From Planctomycetota bacterium (lineage in GTDB: Bacteria > Planctomycetota > UBA1135 > UBA2386), in contig OZ245838.1 in assembly GCA_965228735.1 (NCBI GenBank), positions 1,088,001-1,152,000 of the forward strand: a DNA stretch of 64,000 nt. Direction: 5' to 3'. Positions 37,733 through 47,088 of this stretch are shown one piece after another. Both the position numbers and the translations under genes were made by a program. The number at the start of each line of letters is the position of its first letter. The stretch's first letter is position 1. Under the pieces are notes generated by a model, which saw only the letters and a program-made list of their open reading frames with translations, did not search any database and was not told the origin of the DNA.

Positions 37733-38437
37733 CTACGGCCGCGGCAGCTCGAGCGCGCACCAGTCCGTCAGGGCGGCGAGCACCGCCGCGCGCTTCTCGG
37801 TCCGCGACATCCGTTCTTCGCAGCGTGAGAGCTCGACCTGCACCCAGGGCTGTTCGCCGCCGTGGGTGCGCGTGATGTAGCCGCCGGCGAACGGCGCGTT
37901 GAGCGTGACCTGGTCGGTCCCGAAGTGGCGGCCGAAGCACTCGACGAGCGCGTCCACCCAGGGGCGGGGGCACGCCGCGCCGCGCGCGTCGCCCAGACAC
38001 ACGAGCGGCCGCCGTGCGCCGGGGTCCGGCGCCACCGGCGGCCCGATCGCGGCCATCGTGTGGCAGTCCACGGCGAGTTTGACCGCGCCATGCCAGCCTG
38101 CGAGCCGGTCGTGATACGGCTGCCAGTGCGCGTCGAACAGCGCGCGGATCTCCTTCTGCGACAGCGGCTCGCGCCACACGGGTTCGTCGTAGCACGTGTG
38201 CGTCTTGATCACGCCGTCCTTGTGGAAGTCCTCGAGCCCGCGGTTGAGGTCGAGCACGGCGCGCGCGACGGTCGTCGTCACGAACTCCTGCACCTCCGCT
38301 TCGAGCGCGTAGATCTCGGCCGCGCCGACGTCGCCGTCGCGTTCGAGCTGCTCGGGCAGGAGCAGGCAGCGGTCCGCCAGATCCTCCGGGACCCGGAGGC
38401 CGGCGTGCGGCACGGACAGCGCGAGCGGCAGCGTCAT
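37733..38437 (-). CDS. N-formylglutamate amidohydrolase family protein
   Basis: LSVPHAG, ARAVLDLNR, WQPYH, VDCHTM, LNAPFAGGYIT..HG, VQVELSR. Confidence 0.9.
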   Translation of the reverse strand: MTLPLALSVPHAGLRVPEDLADRCLLLPEQLERDGDVGAAEIYALEAEVQEFVTTTVARAVLDLNRGLEDFHKDGVIKTHTCYDEPVWREPLSQKEIRALFDAHWQPYHDRLAGWHGAVKLAVDCHTMAAIGPPVAPDPGARRPLVCLGDARGAACPRPWVDALVECFGRHFGTDQVTLNAPFAGGYITRTHGGEQPWVQVELSRCEERMSRTEKRAAVLAALTDWCALELPRP

Positions 38438-40011
38438 ACGCCGGCCGCCGAGCCGTCACGGCGCAGATCGGCGACGCCGAGCAGCCCGCCCGGCTCGCGC
38501 ATCACGGCCTGCACGCAGCCGAGGTAGAAGGAGAACGGTTCGACCTCATTCACCTCGAAGCCCGCGGCTCGCAGCGCGGCCGGGATGTCCGACCGCATGC
38601 GTGACATCTCGAGCGACACCTTGCCGTCCGCGCCGCAGTGCATCCGGGGTGCCGTGATCGCGTCCATGAGCGACTGCGATTCGAGTCCGAGCAGGACCTG
38701 CGCGATCGCGGTGGCGATCCGTTCGCTGCCGGGCGAGCCCAGTACGAGGCCCGGCCGGTCACCGTCCATGACGATCGTCGGCGCGACGCTGGCCCACGGC
38801 ACCGCACCGGCCTGCAGGTAGTAGGGGTGCGAGCTGTCCTCGTGCTCGAACGCGCTCATGTAGTTGTTGTAGAGGAACCCGAGGTCGGGGCTCATTGTGC
38901 ACGCGCCGTAGACCCGTTCGATCGACTGCGTCAGACCGACGGCGCAGCCGCTCTCATCCATCGTCGACAGGTGCGTCGTCTCACCCGACGTCTCGATGGG
39001 GGCCGGGTTCTTGACCCTGGTGCGGACCTCCTCGGCAACTCGCGCCGCGAGGTCTTCGCCGCGCTCGGCCTCGTACTCGGCCTGGGAGAACGACGACGGC
39101 TCCGCCGGGCGGCTCTGCCGATCGAGCATCGCGCGCCGAATCGTCTCCGCGAAGATGACGGCCGTCTTCGCCGAGTCCGTCGGGCCCGTCATCTCCGGCA
39201 GGTGCCCGAGCAGTTCGAGCACGTACATCAACGTGCGGCCCGCGCTGGGCGGCGGCAGCGTGAAGTACGGCCGGGACCGGAACGTGCCGGCCATCGGCTC
39301 GCGCTCGATCGGTCTCGGAACGTCGGCGAGATCCTCGGCGTCGATGAGGCCATCGTTCGCCGCCATGTCGGCCGCGATGTCGCGCGCGATCCCGCCCGTG
39401 TAGAAGTCCTCGTAGCCGTGATCCGCGAGTCGCCGCAGGGTCTTGCTGAGCGTCGGCTGGCGCAGCACGAAGCCCGCGGGCCACGGCTCACCGTTGCCGG
39501 CGAGGAAGACCGCCCCGGCCGGGCTGCGGCGCAGGTGCCCGCACTCACGGCGGGTCAGCCGCCGCAGCAGCCGGGAGATGCGGAAGCCTTCCTCCGCGAG
39601 CTCGATCGCGGGCTCGACGACCTGACTCCAGGGCAGCGTGCCGAACTTCTCCAGCGCGTAGCCGAGGCACGCCACCGTGCTCGGCACGGTCGTCGCCCGA
39701 TGGCCGCGCAGCCGGGCCTTCTTGTCGAGCCCACCGCTCGGCGTATGGCGCGGCGCGCGTGACGAGCCGTCGAGCGCGACGGTCCGATCCCCCGGGACGT
39801 GAATCAGCATCATCGTCTGGCCACCGAGGCCAGAGGCCGCGGGTTCGCAGACGCCGAGCGCGATCGCGGTCGCAACCGCGGCATCGACGGCGTTGCCGCC
39901 GGCCGCGATCATGCGCGCGCCGGCTGCCGTCGCGCGGTGGTGGGCCGAGGCGACCATGCCGCGCGTCCCGTGGGCGACGCGTTGGGGGTGTCCGAGTTTG
40001 GTCTTGGGCAA
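38434..40011 (-). CDS. ggt: Gamma-glutamyltransferase (no signal peptide, probably cytoplasmic)
   Basis: GMVASAH, GGNAVDAAVA...LGVCEP..SGLGG, DFYTG.IA, GETTHLS (catalytic Thr), GFLYNN, GSPGS, APRMH, ADLRRDG; putative TTG start 2 nt after the upstream stop. Confidence 0.92.
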   Translation of the reverse strand: MPKTKLGHPQRVAHGTRGMVASAHHRATAAGARMIAAGGNAVDAAVATAIALGVCEPAASGLGGQTMMLIHVPGDRTVALDGSSRAPRHTPSGGLDKKARLRGHRATTVPSTVACLGYALEKFGTLPWSQVVEPAIELAEEGFRISRLLRRLTRRECGHLRRSPAGAVFLAGNGEPWPAGFVLRQPTLSKTLRRLADHGYEDFYTGGIARDIAADMAANDGLIDAEDLADVPRPIEREPMAGTFRSRPYFTLPPPSAGRTLMYVLELLGHLPEMTGPTDSAKTAVIFAETIRRAMLDRQSRPAEPSSFSQAEYEAERGEDLAARVAEEVRTRVKNPAPIETSGETTHLSTMDESGCAVGLTQSIERVYGACTMSPDLGFLYNNYMSAFEHEDSSHPYYLQAGAVPWASVAPTIVMDGDRPGLVLGSPGSERIATAIAQVLLGLESQSLMDAITAPRMHCGADGKVSLEMSRMRSDIPAALRAAGFEVNEVEPFSFYLGCVQAVMREPGGLLGVADLRRDGSAAGV

Positions 40012-40013
40012 GG

Positions 40014-41714
40014 TCAGCGCGACTCCGGCGCGGTGGTGGCTGGCGTTGGGGCTGGAACGGCGGTCAGGCCCGCAGCGAGGCCGTCGCGGCGAGGATCCGC
40101 CGCGCCGCGCCATTGCCCGTCCGGATCGCGGGCGAGGGCATGGACGCCGCCGAAGTAGGGATCGCGGTCGCCGGCGAACAAGCTCGTGAGCGGCATCGCG
40201 GTCGTGAACCCGCGACGCGCGAGCTCGAAGAGCAGGGGGCGCGAACGTGGCCGCGACTCGAACATGAGCTCGTCGTCCTGGGGCACGACGTGCATGCGCG
40301 GCGCTCCGACCGCAGCGCCGACGTCGAGGCCGCGGTCGATCCAGTTGCTCGTCACCTGCACGACGGCCGAGATGATCCGCTTGCTGCCAGGGCTGCCGGC
40401 GGTGAACAGCGGCACGTCGTCCTTCGACACCACGGTCGCGCTCATCGACGAGTAGGGCAGCGCGTTCGGGCGCAGCGCGAACGGGTGACCGGGGTTGCCG
40501 ATCTCGAACTCGCGCATGTAGTCGTTGTAGAGAAACCCGAGCTCGGGCGACATGCAGCGGGCGCCGAAGTAGGCGTTGACGCTCAGCGTCGCGGCCACGA
40601 CCGTGCCGTCCTTGTCGACGACGCAGAAGTGGGTCGTCTCGCCGCCGCCCCGAAGAGGTTGCGGGGGCGACTGCGGCCGCGGCATGCCGAGCTCGCGCAC
40701 GAGTTCGGCGGCGACGCTCTTCTGCAGGCGCTGCTCGACCGCGCGCGTGTAGTCCCGCGCATCGGGGATCGGCGCGAGCAGCCGGCGGTCGTGGGCGGCA
40801 CGCAGTGCTTCGGCGACCCACAGCTGGGCGTCGGCCGAGCCGCTCGCGAGCACCGAGGGCGGGGCGTGTTCGAGCACGTTGAGCGCGAACAGCGCCACCC
40901 AGCCACCGGCCGGCGGCGGCAGCGTGAAGATGTCATAGCCGCGGTAGGTGCCGCGCAGGGCCGGGCCGACCTTCGGCTCCGGGAAGTCGGCGAGATCCGC
41001 GGCGGTGATCCAGCCGTCGTTGCTCGCCATGTCGGCCGCGATCGCCGCGGCGATCTCGCCGCGGTAGAAGTCGTCGCCGCCGGCCTCCGCGAGCCGACGC
41101 AGGGTCCGCCCCAGCGCCGGCTGGGTGCAGCGGTCGCCGACTTTCGGCACCGAGCCGTCGGCGGCGAGGAACACCGCCGCCACGGCCGGGTCGCGCTGCA
41201 ACCCGGTGAGCGACTTCGCCACGGAGTGGCGGCGGAACGGGCCGAGCACGAACCCGTTCTCCGCATCCACGATCGCAGGTGCGAGCAGGTCCGGCCACGC
41301 GACGTTGCCGCTGCCGAACCGCCGCCAGGCGAGGTCCATCACCTTGACCATGCTCGGCACGGTCGTGGCGCGGTGCCCGCGCACCTCGGCGGAGGTCGCG
41401 TTCGGATCCGTCGCCGCTGGCGAGACGGTCGAGCCGTGGATCACGAACGCGGGTTCGCCCGGCCGCTGGATCAGCAGGAACGCCTGGCCGCCGATGCCCG
41501 AGCCCGCCGGCTCGGTGACGCCGAGGTCGAAGGCCACGGCCACCGCCGCGTCGATCGCGTTGCCGCCGTGCGCGAGGACCTCGAGGCCGGCCCGCGTGGC
41601 CTCGGGCGAGGCCGACGACACGACGCCGTTGCCGGAGGCCACCGAGGGCTTGTGAGCGGGGACGGAACAGGCCGCCGCAGCAGCCACGAGAAGTAGAACA
41701 CCGGAACGTGACAT
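40014..41714 (-). CDS. ggt: Gamma-glutamyltransferase, probable lipoprotein
   Basis: MSRSGVLLLVAAAAAC lipobox-like; GGNAIDAAVA, EPAGSGIGG, GETTHFC, GFLYND, GSPGS, ADPRRDG. Confidence 0.92.
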   Translation of the reverse strand: MSRSGVLLLVAAAAACSVPAHKPSVASGNGVVSSASPEATRAGLEVLAHGGNAIDAAVAVAFDLGVTEPAGSGIGGQAFLLIQRPGEPAFVIHGSTVSPAATDPNATSAEVRGHRATTVPSMVKVMDLAWRRFGSGNVAWPDLLAPAIVDAENGFVLGPFRRHSVAKSLTGLQRDPAVAAVFLAADGSVPKVGDRCTQPALGRTLRRLAEAGGDDFYRGEIAAAIAADMASNDGWITAADLADFPEPKVGPALRGTYRGYDIFTLPPPAGGWVALFALNVLEHAPPSVLASGSADAQLWVAEALRAAHDRRLLAPIPDARDYTRAVEQRLQKSVAAELVRELGMPRPQSPPQPLRGGGETTHFCVVDKDGTVVAATLSVNAYFGARCMSPELGFLYNDYMREFEIGNPGHPFALRPNALPYSSMSATVVSKDDVPLFTAGSPGSKRIISAVVQVTSNWIDRGLDVGAAVGAPRMHVVPQDDELMFESRPRSRPLLFELARRGFTTAMPLTSLFAGDRDPYFGGVHALARDPDGQWRGAADPRRDGLAAGLTAVPAPTPATTAPESR

Positions 41715-41721
41715 CGTGCGA

Positions 41722-43869
41722 TCAACCGTGTTGGTCGAGGAGGAACTGAGTCAGCAAGAGCGTGCGCTGCACCAGACTGATGCGCTGCACGGCTTCCTGG
41801 GACGTGAACATCTCGGTGGCGGCGGGGCCGACACCGCACACGACGCCGGTGCCCGCCTCCGCAAGACCGGCGACCGAGGGCAACAGGGACGAGTCGGCCT
41901 CGACCGGGATGTCCCAGTTCTCGCCGACGGCCCGCAGCTGAGCCACGAGCGCATCGTTGGTGCTGTCGGGCGTGAGCGGCGGCCGATCCGAGCCGAGCTC
42001 GAGCTGCCAACGGTGGCCGTCGCGCTTGCCGAGCACCTTCCGGATCTGCTCCTCGACGCGATCGGCGACCGTGACGTCGAGGTAGTTGACGAGCAGCGTA
42101 GCGCGCACGCGGTGGGGCAGCAGCGCGCGAAAGCCCGTCGTCCTGAGCTCGCCGACGGAGACCGAAACGCGCTCCTTCTTCGATGACAGCGCGCTGCACT
42201 CCTCGAGCCGCGCCGCGAGCCACCGCAGCAGCTCCGGCCGCGACATCTGCTGGCCCGGCCGACGTGGCTCGCTGTCCGCTACGAGCTCGTAGCGCCGCAG
42301 GCCACGCCGCTGCGTGATGATCTTGTCCCCGCCGCTGCCGGGCCGCAGCACGAGCACGTTGCGCGCCCGCTTCATCGCGGCTTCGAGCAGGCCGCGGCTC
42401 TCTTCGCCGTCGCGGCCCTCGTCGCCGTAGAAGAACACGCCGAGCTTCGAGGAGCGCAGCTTCCGAACGCGCCGCAGCGCGCGCAGCGCGAACTCCGTCA
42501 TCACGAGCGGCGCGCGCGAGTTGCCGATGCCCTCGCCGCGCAACCACTCCGGTTCGCGATGGAACGGCGGCACGCTCGCGTCCAGCGCGAGCGGCACGTC
42601 GAGGTGTCCGACGAGCAGCGTGCCGCCGTCGAACCCGGACGACGTGCTCCAGCAGGTCGCCGCGGGTTCATCGCTGAAGGCTTCCTGCCGCGTGAGGCCG
42701 ATGTCGGTCAGGATCTTGCCGACCCGCCGATGCGCGGCGCGCAGACCGAGCGGATCCTGCGTGCGGCTCGACACGAGGGTCCACTCGCGGATCGCCTTCT
42801 CGATCTTGTCGCGCGAGCCGGTGAGGAACGCGAACGTCTCCTGCCTGGGGTCGCGCGCCCCCTTCTCGAGCGCCGGCGGATTGGGGGTGCCGAAGTAGCG
42901 CGCGCTCGCGACCTCGACGAGCCGGTTGACGAGCGCCGTGAAGTCGAGCCCGCTGGCCGCCGCTGCGTGCGTGTAGCTCCCGTGTTCGCCGAGGCTCGGC
43001 AGGCTGTTGGTCTCGAGGATGTAGAGCTGCCCGTTCTTGTCGATGCGCATGTCGACGCGGCAGCAGTCGAACAGGCCGAGGGCCTTGAACGCCTTGACCG
43101 CGATGTCCTGCGCCCGTTCGCGCAGATCGTCGTCGAGCTTCGCCGGGCAGACGACCTCGACCTCGCGGCCGGACTTCTTGGTCTTGTCCTCGTAGCTGTA
43201 GACCTTGGGCCCGTCGCCGAAGTCGAGCTCGGCCGGCGGCAGCGCCTCGGGCGGCGAATTGCCGAGCACGCCGACGTTGACCTCGCGGCCGTCGATGTAC
43301 TGCTCCGCGAGCACCGACTGCTGGAACTTGTCGAAGATCACCTGCGCGGCCGCCCGCAGTTCGGCCTCGTCCTGACACACCTTGATGCCGAACGACACCG
43401 CCTCGTTGCGCGGCTTGACGATCATCGGGTACGGCAGGTCCGGCAGCTCGGCGTCGGGCGAATCGAGCACCGTGAACGCTGGCGTCGGCAGGCCGTGCTG
43501 CAGCAGGATCATCTTCGTGACGACCTTGTCGAGCGACAGCGAATGCGCCATCGGCCCCGAGCCGACGTAGGGCATGCCGATCATCTCGAGGATGCCGGGC
43601 ACGTGCGTGTAGCGCGCCTGTCCCTGGATCCCGTACGCGAGGTTGAACACCATGCCGGGACGTTCGCCGCGAATGACGCGCGGCATGAACTCCTCGAGGT
43701 TGTCGATCAGGTCCTTGTCGCCTTCGAAGGCCGCGACCTGATGGCCGCCGGCTTCGAGCGCCGCGGTGATCCGCTTGATCGACTTCTTGCCGTAACGTTC
43801 GCGATTGGGCGTGCCGAGCAGGTTGATGACCTTCTGGCTCTCCCGGTTGTAGACGATGGCGACTTTCAT
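41722..43869 (-). CDS. D-Ala-D-Ala ligase-like ATP-grasp domain fused to an M20 peptidase-like domain
   Basis: ATP-grasp: LEM.G.PYVGS, LDKVVTK, P.IVKP..E..S.GI, EQYIDGRE, RVDMR, ILETNSLP; C-terminal half: LLVGHLDV, FYGDEG, ITQRRG, GVGP...SQE. Confidence 0.87.
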   Translation of the reverse strand: MKVAIVYNRESQKVINLLGTPNRERYGKKSIKRITAALEAGGHQVAAFEGDKDLIDNLEEFMPRVIRGERPGMVFNLAYGIQGQARYTHVPGILEMIGMPYVGSGPMAHSLSLDKVVTKMILLQHGLPTPAFTVLDSPDAELPDLPYPMIVKPRNEAVSFGIKVCQDEAELRAAAQVIFDKFQQSVLAEQYIDGREVNVGVLGNSPPEALPPAELDFGDGPKVYSYEDKTKKSGREVEVVCPAKLDDDLRERAQDIAVKAFKALGLFDCCRVDMRIDKNGQLYILETNSLPSLGEHGSYTHAAAASGLDFTALVNRLVEVASARYFGTPNPPALEKGARDPRQETFAFLTGSRDKIEKAIREWTLVSSRTQDPLGLRAAHRRVGKILTDIGLTRQEAFSDEPAATCWSTSSGFDGGTLLVGHLDVPLALDASVPPFHREPEWLRGEGIGNSRAPLVMTEFALRALRRVRKLRSSKLGVFFYGDEGRDGEESRGLLEAAMKRARNVLVLRPGSGGDKIITQRRGLRRYELVADSEPRRPGQQMSRPELLRWLAARLEECSALSSKKERVSVSVGELRTTGFRALLPHRVRATLLVNYLDVTVADRVEEQIRKVLGKRDGHRWQLELGSDRPPLTPDSTNDALVAQLRAVGENWDIPVEADSSLLPSVAGLAEAGTGVVCGVGPAATEMFTSQEAVQRISLVQRTLLLTQFLLDQHG

Positions 43870-43970
43870 GTTGGTCCTGGGCGCTTGGTGTGCAGCGGTC
43901 GAGCCCGATAGAGTAGCGGTCACGACGTCGCGCCACCCGACGATTCGTCAGCCTAAAACCGCGTCCCGAG

Positions 43971-44798
43971 ATGACCACCGCCGAACCCGAACCGGTCCAA
44001 CCAGAGCCGGTCCAGACCGAATCGGTCCAGGCCGAACCTGTCGACGTCGACCCGGTTGCCAACCCGCGCGGCGGACTGTGGTCGGCGATCGTGATGATCG
44101 CCGTCGCGGCCGCCATGTTCGCCGCCCGGCAAGGGGACGGGGAGTTCGCACGCCTGCTGCAGGAGCACGTCTCCCTCGAAGCCGTCACCCGCGGCGTGGA
44201 CGACCACCTGCTGCAGCTGCTCATGGTGCCGCTCGCGGCCCTCGTGGTCGTCCTCTGCCGGCTCACCTTCGGGTTGCGCATGCTCGGCCCGTTCCGCCCG
44301 ATCCTGATCGCGATCGCCATCCAGGCGACTGGCATCGCGCTCGGCGTGGCGACTCTCGTGGCCATGCTCCTGATCGTCACCGCGATTCGGCCGCGCCTGA
44401 AGGGCGGGTGGCTGCCCTATTTCGGCCGGCTGGCCGTGATGCTGTCCGTGGTCGCCGTGTTTCTGGTGGCCGCCGTCCTGGTCGGCGCCAACCTCGACTA
44501 CGAACCACTCGAGAAGCTCGCGTTCTTCCCGATCGTGGTCCTTTGTCTGACGGCGGACGGCTTCGCCAAGGCGCTGGAGAAGGAGGGCATGCCGAGCGCC
44601 GTGAGTCGGGCTGGCGCGACGCTCGGGACCGCGATCCTCATCAACCTCGTGATCCAGATCGACAGCGTGAGCGACGTGCTGTTCGACTATCCGGAGTTCG
44701 TGCTCGTCGAGGTCGCGCTGATCCTGCTGGTCGCTACGCGGCTGCGGCTCGGGCTGCTCGAGCGGTTTCAGCCCGTCGTCGGGGTCGACTCCGAGTAG
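43971..44798 (+). CDS. 7TM_transglut-type (PgsC/CapC-related) multi-pass membrane protein
   Basis: LLMVPLAALVVVLCRLTFGLRMLGPFRPILIAIA, LPYFGRLAVML, AFFPIVVL....F....EKEG, LF.YPE, GLLE.F resemble the 7TM family linked to RimK-like ATP-grasp ligases; recognised from memory, not searched. Confidence 0.75.
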   Translation: MTTAEPEPVQPEPVQTESVQAEPVDVDPVANPRGGLWSAIVMIAVAAAMFAARQGDGEFARLLQEHVSLEAVTRGVDDHLLQLLMVPLAALVVVLCRLTFGLRMLGPFRPILIAIAIQATGIALGVATLVAMLLIVTAIRPRLKGGWLPYFGRLAVMLSVVAVFLVAAVLVGANLDYEPLEKLAFFPIVVLCLTADGFAKALEKEGMPSAVSRAGATLGTAILINLVIQIDSVSDVLFDYPEFVLVEVALILLVATRLRLGLLERFQPVVGVDSE

Positions 44799-44846
44799 GG
44801 CAGCGTTTCTGCTGGCGACCACGCCCGATGGGCGGATGATCCCGGC

Positions 44847-45905
44847 ATGCAGAGCTCCCCGTTCGTCTGGGTCACCGCACTTCTCGGCATCGCCGGCGGC
44901 ATCGCGCTCTGGGAACAGGCGCCCCTGCGCACGGGCGTCGGCGCCGAGCTGGCGACCGCAGTGACCCGCTGGCTCGACGCCCTGCCGGCGGAGCTGAAGA
45001 GCAAGGCCAACCTGCCGCTCGACGACGAGGAGCGCACCAGGTGGCACTTCGTGCCCGGCCGCTACCTCGGCCTCGAGCTCGGCGCGATGGACGAAGGCCA
45101 CCGGGAGCGCGCGACCGCCGTCTTGCGCACGATGCTCAGCGTCGAGGGTCTGCACAAGACGATGACGATCGTCGGCCTCGAGTCGGTGCTCCGTGAGCTG
45201 GAGTCCAAGCCCGACAAGCCGGCCGTACACCGTGACCCGGGCCGCTACGCGCTGCTCGTGCTCGGCACGCCCGCGGTGGGCGGGTCGTTCGTCGTGCGCT
45301 TCCAGGGCCACCACGTCTCGCTGCAGATCCAGGTGCAGAACGGGCGGATCGTCGGGCATACGCCGCAGTTCCTCGGGACCAACCCGCACGAGATCCGCGA
45401 GGGCAAGCGTCGCGGCCAACGCGCGCTCGCGGTCGAGGAGGACCTCGGCCGCGCGCTGCTGCACCTGCTCTCCGCGGAGCAGCAGGAGAAGGCGATCATC
45501 GCGGCGAAGGCGCCGGCGGACGTCATTCTCGGGCCCGGCAAGCCGCCATCGGCGCTCGGCGATCGCGCCGGTCTGCCGTGGACGGAGATGACGCCGGCGC
45601 AGCAGGGCGTGCTCTGGCGGCTGATCGAGGAGTACGCGCGCCTGTGGCACGGCGACCTCGCGGCGAGCGAGCTCGAGGCCGTGCGCGCACAGATCGACGG
45701 CGTGCACTTCGCGTGGGCGGGGAGCAAGCAACGCGGGCAGGGCCACTACTACCGCATCCACGGTGAGCGGTTCGCGATCGAGTACGACAACACCCAGAAC
45801 GGCGCCAACCACGTGCACACGGTGTGGCGCGACTTCGAGAACGACTTCGGCGGCGACGCGTTCCGCGCGCACATCGAGGCGCACCAGCGCCAGAACGGGC
45901 GGTAG
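44847..45905 (+). CDS. DUF3500-like exported protein
   Basis: R..W.FVP, LS.EG, RFQGHHVSL, TPQFLGTNP, HFAWAG...G..HYYRIHG, IEYDNTQN.ANHVHTVWRD.ENDFG. Confidence 0.82.
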   Translation: MQSSPFVWVTALLGIAGGIALWEQAPLRTGVGAELATAVTRWLDALPAELKSKANLPLDDEERTRWHFVPGRYLGLELGAMDEGHRERATAVLRTMLSVEGLHKTMTIVGLESVLRELESKPDKPAVHRDPGRYALLVLGTPAVGGSFVVRFQGHHVSLQIQVQNGRIVGHTPQFLGTNPHEIREGKRRGQRALAVEEDLGRALLHLLSAEQQEKAIIAAKAPADVILGPGKPPSALGDRAGLPWTEMTPAQQGVLWRLIEEYARLWHGDLAASELEAVRAQIDGVHFAWAGSKQRGQGHYYRIHGERFAIEYDNTQNGANHVHTVWRDFENDFGGDAFRAHIEAHQRQNGR

Positions 45906-45946
45906 GCGTTCCGCTACCGGCGTTTCGCTACCGGCGTTTCGCTACC
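45905..45946. repeat. Tandem 14-bp repeat (GGCGTT[C/T]CGCTACC)x3 between convergent stop codons
   Basis: Units at 45905, 45919, 45933; the last contains the stop of the minus-strand hydrolase. Confidence 0.88.
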
Positions 45947-46598
45947 GGGGCGGCGCCGCGCGCACGAACTCGGCGGCCGCGCGAATCGCCGTCTCGAGGT
46001 GTTCCTCCGCCGTGTGCCCGCTCCTCTTGCGCGGCGCCAGCGAGTGGTCGCCGTCGGGCAGCCACTGCACCTGGATGTTCTCCGACAGCGGGTAACCCGC
46101 GACTTCGTCGGGCCCGCCGAACGGGTCGCGTTCGCCTTGCAGGATGAGCGTCGGCGTAGCGAGATCTAGCAGGTGCGCCGTGCGCAGGTTCTCGGGTTTG
46201 CCCGGCGGATGGAACGGATACCCCAACGCCACGCAGGCCGAGGCTTCGAGCTCGTCCGCGAGCATCGTCGAGACCCGACCGCCCATGGACTTGCCCGCGA
46301 GCGCGAGGCGTGCGCCGGCCACCGCGTCGGCCATGGCCGCAGCGGCGGCTTCGCGCAGCGCGTCCTGCAGCCCCGGCATGCGATCCGGACCGCGGCGCTT
46401 GCCGTCCGCACGTTTGCGCATGTAGGGGAACTCGAACCGCACGACGCGCAGTCCCATGTCGGCGAGCCCGGCCGCGACCGTCGCCATCCACGGGTGCTGC
46501 ATGCCTGCACCCGCGCCGTGCGCAAACAGGACCGTGACGTCCGCATCCGCGGGCCCGTCGACCAGCAGCTCGAGCGCGGGTGGCGGGGTCTTCGGCAT
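45942..46598 (-). CDS. Alpha/beta hydrolase (KANSL3-like small hydrolase)
   Basis: FAHGAGAG, RFEFPYM, GKSMGG nucleophile, LGYPFHPPGK, QGERDPFG, DGDHS. Confidence 0.9.
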   Translation of the reverse strand: MPKTPPPALELLVDGPADADVTVLFAHGAGAGMQHPWMATVAAGLADMGLRVVRFEFPYMRKRADGKRRGPDRMPGLQDALREAAAAAMADAVAGARLALAGKSMGGRVSTMLADELEASACVALGYPFHPPGKPENLRTAHLLDLATPTLILQGERDPFGGPDEVAGYPLSENIQVQWLPDGDHSLAPRKRSGHTAEEHLETAIRAAAEFVRAAPPR

Positions 46599-46987
46599 CA
46601 CCGCGCCTCGAGGAACAGGAACGGGAACGTGCCCTTCGCGATGCGTCGATCGCCCTGGAACACCTCGGTCTCGCACACCGCCGTGGTCTTGCCGACGCGT
46701 AGCGGCGAGGCGACGGCCCGCAACGGGCCGCGTTCGACGGTCGCGGCCGCGAGGAACTGCATCGCGCAGCCCGTGCCGGTCATGGACCGACCGTCGGGCA
46801 GATCGGGCCACAGCAGATACACCGCGGCGGTGTCGGCGAACGCGGTGAGGATGCCGCCCTGGATCACCCCGGCCTCCTGCACGAACTCGGGCCGCAACGG
46901 CAGCTCGAGCACGACCCGTTCGGCGCTGCGTTCCGCGAGCCGAAACCCGAGGAAGCGGTTCACCGGGACGTCGTCGAAAGCGGTCAC
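46598..46987 (-). CDS. PaaI family (hotdog-fold) thioesterase
   Basis: GVIQGGILTAFADTA, LRVGKTTAVCETEV, IAKGTF. Confidence 0.87.
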   Translation of the reverse strand: MTAFDDVPVNRFLGFRLAERSAERVVLELPLRPEFVQEAGVIQGGILTAFADTAAVYLLWPDLPDGRSMTGTGCAMQFLAAATVERGPLRAVASPLRVGKTTAVCETEVFQGDRRIAKGTFPFLFLEAR

Positions 46988-47088
46988 GGTTCAGACGGTA
47001 GCCAGCGGGCGCGAGCGGTGGGAGGGCGATTGCCCTGGGACCCCACAACGAGGTTGCGGAACCGGCAGAATTGCCGTTCGCTTCGGGC

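Noticed and set aside
37733..38437. hutG as part of histidine utilisation
   Set aside because: No hutH/hutU/hutI/hutF nearby and it is coupled to GGT genes, so no gene symbol was assigned
41722..43869. Housekeeping ddl
   Set aside because: Lacks the LHG..GEDG motif, is fused to an M20 domain and is not in a dcw cluster
43980..44045. EPVQ-type pentapeptide repeat at the N-terminus of the 7TM protein
   Set aside because: Short low-complexity linker with no further support for a function
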